A DNA stretch of 64,000 nt from Sphagnum compactum. Taxonomy: Eukaryota. Under the pieces are notes generated by a model. It was not told the origin of the DNA, made no database searches, and saw only the letters and a list, made by a program, of their open reading frames with translations. Position 1 is the stretch's first letter, and every line of letters begins with the position of its first letter. The translations under genes and the position numbers were made by a program. This document shows, piece after piece, positions 11,601-23,700 of the stretch. The DNA lies in the NCBI GenBank assembly GCA_965153455.1, contig OZ234494.1, positions 6,076,001-6,140,000 on the forward strand, in the 5' to 3' direction.

Positions 11601-13899
11601 AACCATTTTGCTGAAGTGAACTCAGCTCACAGTGGAAAGACCTTTTTGGCCATCTGCTTGGGTTGTGGACAATGAGAATATATCAGATACCTTCATGCTG
11701 ATGGCATTCGTTATAACAGCAGAGAGATTTTGTGATTGTTCATGCAAGCTAGGTGATGTGTACCAAAGATGGGACTTCTGGGGAATGATTGCAGGGTGCT
11801 GGATGAGCGGCTGGATACACTGGTGATGGTACTGGAGCGTGATAAGTTCCTGCACTTTCGAGATGGCATGGAAAACTTGCGGAAGCTCTTCTTTGTTGGG
11901 CCCCCACTTCCGTCTTCCTCTCAAGGAAATTCTGAAACCCGATCTTCTACTCTTGCCTCTGTGATGCGTGCCCGTTCTCATGACCCCTCCAGTGTGGAGA
12001 TGGCCTTGGATCCATCCTTCGGACCACGGAAAGGGGTTTCAGACCCTTGGTCTGAGGAAAGCCCTTCAGGAAGCACTTTCCGACTGGAGAAACCATCAAC
12101 CCAAGCAGCTTCACTCCCTCTGTCTCAACCCACCCTACCTCATCTGCATGTATCTCCTTTGGAACTGCCATCAGCTGCAAATTTGGCAGGTCAATCCGAG
12201 CGCCATTCTACTCACACAAATGCCACATCCAGTGGGGGTAGTACAGACCGTTCTGGATCATCTGTCGGAGTGGGAGTGTACACCCCTCCACACTTGAGAG
12301 GGATTTCATCCCCCTCTTTCCTGCCCTCAAATTATTCTTCCACAAGTGTATCACCACTTTCTATGCAGCTTGGAGGGATTTCAGTGTCCTCAGAGCCCAT
12401 CCCTTCCCAGCCTATTTCTGGTCGAATTGCCTCAAAACCTGGGTCTTATGCTCCACCACACATTAACCCGACATTGTCTGCTGTGTCAGCCCCAGCTGGT
12501 TTCAGTGACCCCAGGTTTGGTACAGGTGCATCTAGCAGTGGAAGCTTTGAAAATGAGCATATTAATGGAGACTTTCAGCAGATTTCTTCTGGAGACGGAG
12601 GTCAAAGTTCTGTGCCATTACCAACTGCAGAGCTTTCAAGGGGGGGCTCATTTTCAACACAAGAAAAAATGGATGTAAAAATGTCAAAGTTTCAGGAGGG
12701 ACAAGAGGTAGGAAAAGCAACTGGGGGGCATCGACAGTCTGGTGTATGTGCTGTTTGTAACCAAGATGCAGCAAACACGGTGAGTTCTCAACTCTTGTCT
12801 TAACTTCTTATTCAGTCTCAACTTGATTTTGTCAGGCATCCATTAATGTATGAGCAAGTACTGCTGAAAATGGCATGTTGTAATAATAGTGTTTTCCTTA
12901 TTGCAGGTGCTACTGGATTGCTCACATATGTGCTGCTGTACTACATGCTCTCGCAGCATCAGTGTTTGTCCAATCTGCAGCAACCATGTAACAGGAGTAA
13001 TTGACATTCAGCCTGTAGGCCCACCACCACTCAACCTGTTGCCATCTCCCCGGGCAATGTCAACTTCCCCTTCTCTTGATCTGTGGGACATGCCGAGGTT
13101 GTCAAATTCCAATCGCTCAGTTGACAGCTCCAGCTTTTTAGCCCAAAGCAAAGAAGGTGTCAGTCACCCTTCTTTGGGATTGAGTCAATTTCAAGGGTCT
13201 CTATCAGGCATTGATACTAATCCTAACAGTATGGGATCGTACACAACTACAGTCGGAGGAAGGGCAAATTCTCCCTTTGAGCGTTTGTCTTTAGAGGAGC
13301 AATACCCTGCCAGTGTGGGAACCTCACGTGCAGGAGCTGCAACAGCCAGTAGCATCCCATTAACTCATACAGCAACCCTGCATGTAACTGGCTCTCGTGC
13401 AATCAGCTCTCTCCAACAGGGATCTTACAGAATTGGCTCTCGTGGAATGAGCTCCCAGATAACCGAACCTTATGGAACTGGGTCTGTTGCAGTGGGCTCC
13501 ACCAGTACAACACCATCAATGTCATCAAGTGTTATGACGCCCCATTACCTTCCCTCAGATTTCTATTTACCTGGGAAGTACTCTGGTACAACAGGATATA
13601 GCATAGGGCCTGTTATTTCTTCAGTGGGTTCTTCAGTTCCACCAACTGTTGCTCAAAAGATGGTGTCATCGAGTCCTAGTCTAAGTTTCCCACCACAGCA
13701 ACAAGGTAGTGTATCGCATTTTCTGCCACCACATCGACCTCCAGCACCATATCGCCCTCCTGGATTATACCGACCCCCTGACCTATTTTCTCAGAAGGGG
13801 TCCCCTGCAGTAGTCTCACAGGCTGACATTATGGCCATGCAGTCTATTCAGGCTGGAAACATTGCGCCAGTTGTCCCATCACAATGGAGGACTTATTAG
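5667..13899 (+). CDS. Dual RING-finger, Pumilio (PUF)-repeat protein, 1159 aa; putative RNA-binding E3 ubiquitin ligase
   Basis: 12 GT-AG exons, all phase-compatible, no internal stop: 5667-5870, 6792-7148, 7333-7444, 7861-8030, 8337-8399, 8820-8867, 9037-9180, 10241-10383, 10562-10686, 11134-11269, 11795-12779, 12907-13899 (3480 nt). N-terminal C3HC4 RING CDIC..CGHKACASC..CPFC; PUF-like repeats e.g. VHASGNYVLQRMLE, QDHRGTFSVQKML, LDQYGVYVLERLVE; second RING CAVC..CSHMCCCTTC..CPIC; S/P/G-rich regions on both sides of the second RING. Confidence 0.85.
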
Positions 13900-14987
13900 A
13901 TAGTTGGGCTTCTAGACAGTCATCTTATGACCTGATACTGGTAGAAAGAAGTTGTTTTTGCTTCTTCATTTTTGTTCTTGATCTGGGCGGTGAGTCTTGC
14001 CAAAGAGCTGAAGACGCCAGGTAAGGGATTTGTTTTCCACCAATGCTATCCTGGAACCCAACCAAAACCCCAAGCCCAATGCTCCTAGTCTCTGAAGACT
14101 TGTATTCTTAGAATGAAGAGTGGATGATGTTCAGTCGTGTTGCAAACAGGGCATTTGTTCCATTTTGAAAGCTGGAGGGTTGAGAATCTCTGTGGACAGG
14201 TTCATGTAGTTTTCATAAAGCAAAACCAGGTTACCAACAACCAATCCAAGTCTTTCTGCTGTATGTTGTTTTCTCCGCACTAAGAGTTTGTCCTCTGCTT
14301 GATATACAATCTTCTAGGCCACCATTGCCTTTTTCTTCTTCAAACTGTATCCTGAGATGGCTAAAGGGATCTTCAAAAATCAGAAGATACCTTAATTCTG
14401 TTTTTAAATTGCTGAAATTTAAAAGTTCATTACATTGGCCAAGAATTGAATATAAATTTAAATACATTGCCCAAGTAATTTGTAACAAAATTTTCCTAAA
14501 CCCAAACAAAAGGTCATCACAAAATTGATGAACCACAATAATCAAATATTGTCATCTAAAACTTGAACCATAATTTTCTCATTCTACCTTGTTTGCTTGA
14601 AATCTACCATATTATGACATTCAATGTCACATGTGAAATGAAATCAATAACATATACATAACATTGTAATACAAAAGATATATAAATGTTTTCAGCTCTT
14701 CCTGAATGTTCAGGATCAGCCTTGGGCTATCATATCCTTGGGCAAGCCTTCAAATCCAGGAAGGGCCTCAAAAGGATTCTTTGGAGCATTGCCGTCTCTT
14801 CGGAGACATCTGATAAAAAATTGGAGCACTGCCACTTTAGAGTGGTAAAGACGGGTGCTGTGCGGGTATTGACTTTTAGGAGAACATATAGTCTTGGGTA
14901 TTTTATCACTTTGGTTACCCTATTGGGTAAGGCTTCAAATTCTTCTAAAAATATTCCAGAACCTTGAGGTATGGTTTTATTTATTTA

Positions 14988-15162
14988 TCTCAATTCATGG
15001 CGGTCACCAGGTTTAGGGTTGTTGAAGTGAATGCAGTTCTGGGTTTTCTCAATTCATGGCGGTCATCAGGTTTAGGGTTGTTGAAGTGAACGCATTTCTG
15101 GGTTTTCTCCATTCATGGCGGTCATCAGGTTTAGGGTTGTTGAAGTGAATATAGTTTTGGGT
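14988..15162. repeat. Tandem repeat, ~3 x 59 bp, each unit containing TTTAGGG
   Basis: ATTCATGGCGGTCA at 14993, 15052 and 15111. Confidence 0.92.
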
Positions 15163-18049
15163 AAAGTTACGATTTACAGTTGTGATTTCAAAAGTTCTCA
15201 TCATGTGATTCAAATTGACATGGATTCGATCATCTAACTTTTCTTACACCACAAATTGTCACAAATCTTTAAAAAAAACATTAAAGTACATGTTACATAT
15301 GTGCATAATGCAACATATGTTTGTAACCAAAAAAATGATATAGAAGCTTTGATCTATAGCTCAAAGTTTTTAACATCCTATGATCATCCATGAAGATGAT
15401 TTTTTAATTCAAAATGATCGAAAAAACCCTAAACTATTTTAATAGTACCTATCTAAAACATTGAGACCTAGGAAAGAACCCTAAACTCTAACAACACTCA
15501 TCCAAAACATTGAAACCTAGGGAAGTTTTCAAAGGTTTCCTCCATTGAAAAGAGATGGGTAAAAAAGGTTTGATGTTTTACCTTAGTTTTACCATGATCA
15601 TCAATTCACAAAATAAGAATCTAAGTCAAGTTTTTAATATTTAAATCCTGTGAGGTTAAATTTTTGATACCTAAATACAAAACCGCCAATTTTAACACTT
15701 GGATCTAGGTATTCGCATAATACTAGTAAAGACCCCTTTTTAATAAATCTTGTAGCAAGATGTGCAAATCTTCTTGTTCTTCAACAACCATGGCCGGAAT
15801 TGAATGCGGTGATCATAAATGTGAGAAATATTAAAGTCATTGGTAAAATCACAAACTTTAAAAACATTGGGCAACAAAACCCACCCTTAGTTTGGTCAAA
15901 AGTATGAGTCATGTCAAAAATTGAAGCCAAAAAAAAATACACATGCACAAAAATAGGTCTTGAAATTCACCAATTTTAGTGCTAAAATGAGTTTCAAGCT
16001 TCGTTTCTAATTTGTTGCTTATCCCAATGGAGTGCACCTACACTATGTTTTCGTTGTTGTTTAATGATTGTGTTTTTTTATGTTTTTTTTTTTGTTGGCC
16101 TTAGGGTTCAAATCTTATGAACCTCACCCCCAATATCGATTTTGTTTTCCCCTAAATTTCATCCACTTTATGGATACCCTTTGTTTTGGTATGAACTAAA
16201 AATAAAAAGTGAAAATTAAGGTTCGAAGAGTAGGTGACTTTATGGATAACTCTATTACTTGGACACTCTACATATTGTGATTATGTTGAAACACATTTTG
16301 AGCACTCGACCCAAATGAGTTGCCATTCACAACTTACAAAAAGTGATACATGACACGATGCAAACAAATAGTGTAATATCAAAATAAGAAGGGTCTAAAG
16401 ATGCTTTAAAATTATGGCATATAATAGTTGCAAAACACATGAACCACTTGCAAAAAAATTCCCATATCTTGTAAGTTGCTTGAACATGTAGAAATGTTAC
16501 AACAAGAAAGAAGGAAAGAAATTGAAAGAACATAGGTTCTATTTGAATTTCCAAGGATCCATGACAACTTATTAGTATCATATTTAAGGCCCAACATTGC
16601 AAATCATAAGGTTAACTACCATCAAAAGCACATCAATGAAAATTGGAGAATCTAAAGGGGATGAAGTTGAAAGCCACCTAACCCCATTGCTTTTGTTCAA
16701 TTTATAATGGAGGATGCTTGTTTTTATTTTATTTTCTTTTAATCTAAATAATATTGGTGAGTTTCCTTGTGTATGTGTGTAGCAATATTCCTATTGGGAT
16801 TGCCTGGCTTAATTAATATAAGTATGTATAGTTTATGTTTCAAAGCAAGTGTTTGAGTTTTATTGCAAACAAATTTCAAACTAAAACTATCGAAGGTCAA
16901 TAACTTTACAGCTGAACTGGAGGTTAAGATTTTGCACTCCGTCAAAATTAGATGACCTTAGTGTTGACAAAACATTCTCAAAAAAATTATAACCAAAGTT
17001 GGGCATCTACGGTCATTTGGAGATATGAATTGGTACATGATGAAAACATTATAATAATTCATTTACATTGATTGTTTTAAAAAAATTCAACCAAAAAAAA
17101 TTTGTAATTCTTTTAATATATTAAGAGATTTTAAGAAAAAGAAACTTCAACATTAGTTTTTTGAGTTCACCATGTCTTATGTCCTTACAACATTTCACAA
17201 TGGTTTTTTTTTTTGTTTGATTTCAACTTTAAAAGTACCTTTTAAATATCTGTAAAAGTATGTCACATTTTAAGGGTTTTGGATCTACTATGAACAATAG
17301 AATTTTTTTATGAGAATTAGAAATTCAACACAATTGATCCAATCAACTCCTTTTTAAAAAAATTTAAAAAAAACTTAAGTATTTCATGTCTATTTTCAAA
17401 TGCCCACATAATTATATACTTTCAAATTTTAGAAATTAATACCTACGATAGTTTAATTGAATGTACTAAGAATAATTTATATTTTTAATTCAATGAATTG
17501 AATTTTGGTGCAAATTAATCAAAGACACTAATTTGTACATTATAACATTCATTTTTTTGTGTCAACTTATAATACTTTCACTTGCCATACATATCAAAAC
17601 TCTCAAAAGGAAATAAGAATAGATGGGTTTTGGTATGTGAAGGGTCTTCAAAATTAATACCCCGTCATCATATGCATATTCAGCATTTATTTAATTGCAA
17701 AAAAAATAGCAAAAATAACAAGTTTTAGATTTTGATACCACCTTAAGAACGATTCTAGTGGCAAGAGCAAAAATGAATGCTACCACTATTTCTAAATCTA
17801 GTGTTAGTTGCCCCTTCCCCATCGATAAACAATAAACCATGCACAAAAAATTTTAAAATTATAGCTAATTAGCTTCAAGTGGACCAATAAAGTTGGTTGG
17901 CCCATCAAGACTAAAACATGTATCAAGTTAATTTTGGACTTTTTAAACTTAGTGGTTAGGATCAAATTTCTATTGAGTTTGAAACAAAACATTGAAAACA
18001 TCTATTTGTTGGATCATCTAGAGATAAAAAAAACTTATTAATATCTATT

Positions 18050-18720
18050 GTTGCATCATATGGTGGCCTTTAAATCAAATTTTTTTTCCAAATTTATAAT
18101 CTTCAAATGGTAATTGGTTAATTCTAAACTTAACAAATCCACAGCTACTTGAAGTTGGATGTTATATCCTTTCAACTTGAAAAAATAATAATCACGTGCA
18201 AAATGCTGACCCATTGGACATTTCTACAAGTGTATTAGTGTTGCATCTATGGCACCATGAACTCATGGCAAGCCACAAAAGTCCCTAAACCTAGCCATGA
18301 TCTCCATTATCTCAATTATCCCCTTGGGCCATTTGAGCTAATTCTTCAACATTATGTTCAATGCACATATGTATTCATGCAACACTAGATGTATAGTAAA
18401 CTTTTCAATTACAAAACGCTCGAAACAATGGAGATATTGAGTAGCGTTAGCTAATTTATATAAGTTGCAAGCCATGCGAATGCTCATAGGCATTACTAAC
18501 CAAAACTTGGTGTTTCTTTTTTTCATTAGAGTTGACAATTTAATTGTGAAATGTTGCACAATTTTTTTATTGACACAAAAATGTTTGATCCAACGATGAT
18601 TGTCGTATTGTGTCATCAAGAAATTATAGTACCATGTGGTTGATCTGGCTTTAACCTAGTCACCAAGCTCCTGGTCGCCCAAAAATTCATAACATTACAC
18701 CAATGCGTCTTAGTTCACTA
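18050..18720 (-). mobile_element. PIF/Harbinger DDE transposase (HARBI1/ALP1-like) relic
   Basis: Minus-strand translation: RWIKHFCVNK...SIRMACNLYKLAN...WPKG...FRDFCGLP*VHGAIDAT...DYYFFKLKGYNIQLQVAVD, matching Harbinger motifs (F.LP..GAID.THI; Y..K.Y.IQLQ.VVD); contains stops and frameshifts. Confidence 0.8.
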
Positions 18721-19239
18721 TGGGTTTCATTAGATTCTGAGTGAATTTGGACATTTTTACCATGGTGAAACTAGTCAACCCCCCTATGAACGGGGATTAG
18801 TTGCTACGGATAATGAATTGGTCCATTAGTACTTAGTGAAATACAAACTTATCAAGCCATTTCACTTGCTAGTTAATTAACTAGGCAGCATGGAAATCAA
18901 TTAAATTTAAAATATTTAATATTATTGATAATTTCATGATTTCCAACCTATGAATTATTGACACTATTTATACTAGATTAAAACCTAACCTAGGTACATA
19001 GGCCACATAATCAACTTAAGTAAGCAATTACTTTAAGGAACTACATAGGAGAATATTCGGTCAACTTACCATTGTTGACCACAAACACACCATTTGTGAA
19101 ATTGGATCCCTTAATATTTAGGATGGAGGCAAACACCCTTACCATCAAACCACCACACTTGTTGTGATAATGGGTTACATTGCATTTTATTTATCAAGTA
19201 CTTCATTTTAAACATTATGAAAATATAAACTTTGAAAAT

Positions 19240-20797
19240 TCATTTCTTATTCAGATTTTGTCAAATGAAATGATTAAAGTGTAATTTTTTTCAATAATGT
19301 ACATAGTTACATTTATTTCCTTCTGAAAATATAAAATCATTTGAACAATTTTTTTAAAATATCATTATTCAATAACATTTCCATGACCATTCTTTTGAAA
19401 AAAAAATGTTTAATAATTACCTATGTTAAGCTACTTTCAATTATTCTATGGCTACTTTTCATTGTTCAAAGTTATTTCACCTTACATTATTTACGGTCAT
19501 TTATGGTTATTCTTAGTTTTTTTTTGCTAGTTATAGTTATTTCATTCAAGTTATTTTCAATTATTTTAAGTTACTTTTGACTATTAGATGTTACTTTTGA
19601 CTATTTTAATTTATTTCACTTTAAGCTTATTTTGATTATTGTAGTTTTTTTTACTATTTTATGTTATTTTAGGCTATTGTTGGTTATTTTTGGCTATTAA
19701 AGGTTATTCATCTTATGTTATTATTGGTTATTATTAGGTTATATTACCATAGGGGTTTGGTGGCTATTGTTGATTATTTTATTGGTGGTTATTGGTGGCT
19801 ATACTATTGGTGGCTACTAATGGTTATTTTAGTGGTGTTTATTAATGTTTATTCTATTAATGGCTATGAGTAGTTATTTTATTAGAAGCTATTGATGGTT
19901 ATTTTAGGTTAAATTGCTATAAGCTATTAATGGCTATTGATGTATATTGTGGTTATTTTATTAGTGCTTATTGTTGGTTATTCTATTGTAGGCTGTTGGT
20001 GATTATTTTATTGGTGGTTAATGATTATTATTTTATTGGTGGCTATTAGTGGTTATTTTATTAATAAATATCAGTGGCTATTCTATTGGTGGTTATTTTT
20101 TGTTATTTCTATTGGTGGTTATTATATTACAAATTATTATTGGATATTTAGGCTATATTATCATAGGTTATCGGTAATTTTTTTATTGTAATTTTATTTT
20201 TATTTTTTCATAGGCTATTATTGACTATTATAGGCTATTTTATCTTAGGTCATTTTATTTTATTTTGAATTATTATACTTAGGATAAAATAACTTATAAT
20301 AACATAAAATAAAATGACCTTGAATAACTTAAAGTATAACTTGAAATAACATATATTAAATTAAAATAACCTAAGGTATAACCTAAGGTTAATTGAATAA
20401 TTTAATTTAAAATAATTTAAAGTAAAAAACTTATAATAAGCTAGCTAGGATACCCTACTTGGTAGAATAACATATAATAGTTTAAGGTATAATAATTTAT
20501 AATAGCCTATAATAACTTAGGGTATAAGTTAGAATAAATAAATTAACCTAAAACAATATAAGGTATATCATAAAGTAACATAGGATATTTAAAACAACAT
20601 CAACAAAAACTTATTTGTCATAGTAAAGTATAATAATGAATTATGTCAACTAATAGTGAAACATGATGTTTACATAATGATATTATAATGAAATAACTTT
20701 AACCAAGGTGAAATTACTAAAGTGCAGTGAATTTATTTCACTTTTAAAATCCCATAATGATTTAGGCTAGTGAACTACACCCCACTTTTGTACTAGT
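19240..20797 (+). mobile_element. AT-rich non-autonomous element with low-complexity GGTTATT/GGCTATT body, ending in CTAG (possibly Helitron-like)
   Basis: Degenerate short-unit repeats switch from T/G-rich to A/C-rich near 20280; terminal ~250 bp homologous to 1550-1740; ends TACTAG followed by T. Left boundary is approximate. Confidence 0.45.
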
Positions 20798-23700
20798 GTA
20801 AACATATGAGATTTGAAACAAATGAAAAATCAGCACATTGTGCATTATTTTTAAAAAAAATCGTGCATCATCTATGGGAGAAGATGCATTATGAAATTTT
20901 CTTTTGTCATAACCATGTGCAATCAAATTGTGCACCTGTAATGCCAACTACAAGAATTGGACTAAAAAAGCAAACTTCAAATGACGCATTACAACATGCA
21001 AGGATACAAATGATGCAACAAATTCAAACAAAATCAACATGAAGGATAAATTTCAAATGAAATAAAACATATGAAAAACACAAGGAGAAATGTGAAAGTG
21101 CAAACAAGATCCATCACTAGCCATCACTAGAAACAAAAAATAGCAAAAAAAGAGGAAGGAAACAATAAAGAGAGGAGAAGGAAATAATAATTTTACGTGT
21201 GTAATGAAATGATCAACTGAAGCTTTCCTTGGCTGGCCACGAAACTTCTTGAACTTTACAAAAGATGATGTGAAATAAGACTCTAAGGTAGGATGACACG
21301 TAGGTTTAATATTTTAGGTTTATCACCTTTGAATCATGAACAATGGTAGGTCGGCACGTGGTTAGTAGCTTACTAACCAAAGTTTTTGTCTTATATATGA
21401 ACAAAAATAACCTATGACAAATTAATTAGAACCTATAAAAAAATTAGTGATGTTTAAGCTTGTTTCATTAGTAACTATTTAACAAAATAAGGTATCATTT
21501 TTTATAGCTTATCACCAAGTGTGAGGCAAGTTTTATTTAACTAATAAAAATATCATTGCCAATAATTAAGTTTTAGATGAAACTTTGATCAATCTAAAAG
21601 GTTTGACAATTATCTTTCTCATTGCATTTTACATATATTGTTAGGGTTAAATCTAGGAGTAGGATTTAAAATATAAATTAGATTTTTTCAAAAAAATTGT
21701 TTTTAATTTATCTTTATCATGAAAATCGTAAATTATATCAAGGCTAAAACGTAGAAATAAATCTAGCACATCCATTAAACAAGCAATCAAATTCTCAAAT
21801 TTTTACTCATTTTCATATTCACAAATATAAATATAGTTTATTTATTTTCATGTCAAGTAATGGAACAAATGATGGGTGAAAACAAAGTTGAAGATGATTA
21901 TTTGGACCATCACAATCAATATTTTCATTGACCATAAATCATGAACTTAAAATATAAAGTTATATTCAACATTACCATTGTCGATTTTTTAATTATTCAT
22001 GTTGCAATAGGTTTTAGTGATAATCCTATTGGAAAACTTGCATGAGTTTTTTTTTAAAAAAAGACTTCTAGTGATTTTTTGAAGTTAAACATTGTCCCAA
22101 CCACAAAGTAAAATTTGACATGTGGATTTAAAAATAATACCATAATAGGGTCAAAATTTTCTAAAAAATATGACAACATCAAATTAGGTTTTCAAGAATA
22201 AGAACATTGACATTTTCCCTATAAATTTATTATTCTGATGTTTTAGTTGAATATTACATTATAAGGTCTTATTAGTCCATTTGTCATTCAAAACTTCATG
22301 TTTTGCATGGATTTTTTGACCAAGTATAGGTCTAGTCATGTACACACTAGGGTTTTTAATATACTTTAAGGGAAGCATAGGTAAATGTACACTGAATACA
22401 TGAATTGTTAATTATCATATTAATGCAAGAGGTCTAGCTAGTGTTAAGAATGAACTTTCATGAAACCAAAGGGAACCACCTAACCATGTTTTTACCTTAA
22501 TGTTGCATCTAAATAGTCACATCGGACTTATGCCACACTTCAAAGGTGTTATCATAATATCTAGATCAAATGTCAACATCATTTCATATGAAATTAGAGA
22601 AAACAACGATATTTGATTTGGATTTCTTGTAAGAATGTGAGCGAGTCATTATCATCGTGTATATTTTGTCACCTTTTGTGGACCATGTCCCAATTTTCAT
22701 ATCATCACAATTCATAAGAATGACTTCATTTAGTCTTGTCATAAAATGTTGTGACAAATGATTTTATTGATGATTACAAGACTTTATGTTGGACTAAAAT
22801 TCATAATGAAAACTTGTGAAAAATCTCCATAGGTTTGGGTTGATATGCATCTTTGGGTCCTCAATCCTTATTCAATTACATGTGTTTGTACTTATATGTA
22901 CTACATATGTTAATTTCTTTAACTAGACATCTAATTACACTTGAACATTTTCATAATAGTTGAATGAAAGAAAGCAACCAAAAACAGGTTATTTGAAAGT
23001 TTGAAAAAAATAAAATAAATTGAAACCTCAAAATAATGAATAATTAAAACCTCTTCACTTGTGGTTTTACCCTTTAGAAGACCATTATCTTATTTTCATG
23101 CACCTCTAATTCTAACGACGTAAAAATTGGTTTATATGGGTTTTTTGCAAAAAGTTTCATATGTCATTTCTACATGACCTTCTAGTCATATAGTTGTCTT
23201 TGGACCATTCCAAAGGCAATTAAAAAATAACTACTTCATTTTCAAGCCTAACTATTTCATAAATTTTTTTTCCTATTAACTTTCATAATAACTATCCACC
23301 TTTTTTAATAACTACTTCCATTTTATAACTACTTCACTCCTTTTTCCTATCCACCAACATGGATATAAAAAAACAAATTAACATGTGTCTTTTCATGTCC
23401 ATCAAATGTATATTAATTTAAATTAAATTTGACTTGACATAAATATATGAAAACATAAGAAAAAATTAAAATAGTTCATTGTCATTAGTAATGCACAACA
23501 ACGTGAAGCTTAAATATTTTATAACATATCTATTCAAGGTTTCAAATTTCAACTTGTAAAAGAAAAACCCAAATTTGCAACTAGGGTTTACAACTAGATT
23601 TTAATTACAAATGACAAATTGTGACTAAAATCTCTTTAATCCCTTAAGACAAGTTGCAAGCCACCATTGGTTGCAAATGACATAATGTTATGATGATGTC

